A DNA stretch of 64,000 nucleotides, taken from a virus. Lineage: Duplodnaviria; Caudoviricetes. Position 1 is the stretch's first letter, and the number at the start of each line of letters is the position of its first letter. The notes under the pieces are model-generated. The model saw nothing but the letters and a program-made list of their open reading frames with translations, was not told the DNA's origin and searched no databases. The stretch lies in the IMG/VR virus record IMGVR_UViG_3300031784_000006, one strand, 5' to 3'. Below, in pieces: positions 64,000-64,000 of this stretch. A program made the translations under genes and the position numbers.

Positions 64000-64000
64000 T

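Overview
This is a 64 kb segment of a T4-like cyanomyovirus genome (AT-rich, almost all genes on the minus strand). A cyanobacterial host is inferred from CP12, a glutamine-riboswitch/DUF4278 unit and the gene order. Left to right: (1) tail-fibre/adhesin genes, including a proline-free collagen-like fibre; (2) a ~13 kb accessory island of glycosyltransferase-like, sulfotransferase, methyltransferase and 2OG-oxygenase genes interleaved with three 7-bladed RCC1-repeat genes, lying between two copies of a ~3 kb duplicated fibre module; (3) a 1953-aa structural protein, a Mom-like gene and two tRNAs; (4) baseplate/hub genes (split gp5-like ORFs, CP12, two large tape-measure-like proteins, gp51, gp26, gp4, gp48, gp53); (5) gp32, gp59, gp33, exonuclease, phoH, thyX, speD. 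Best candidates for new biology: three RCC1 propellers with a constant framework, hypervariable loops and a visible inter-gene conversion tract; a Gig2/PARP-like ADP-ribosyltransferase motif and a circularly permuted M15-like peptidase plus RlpA domain inside the tape-measure-like proteins; and a late-promoter-driven glycosylation/sulfation operon that may decorate the virion. All family assignments come from motif recognition by eye; no searches were run.
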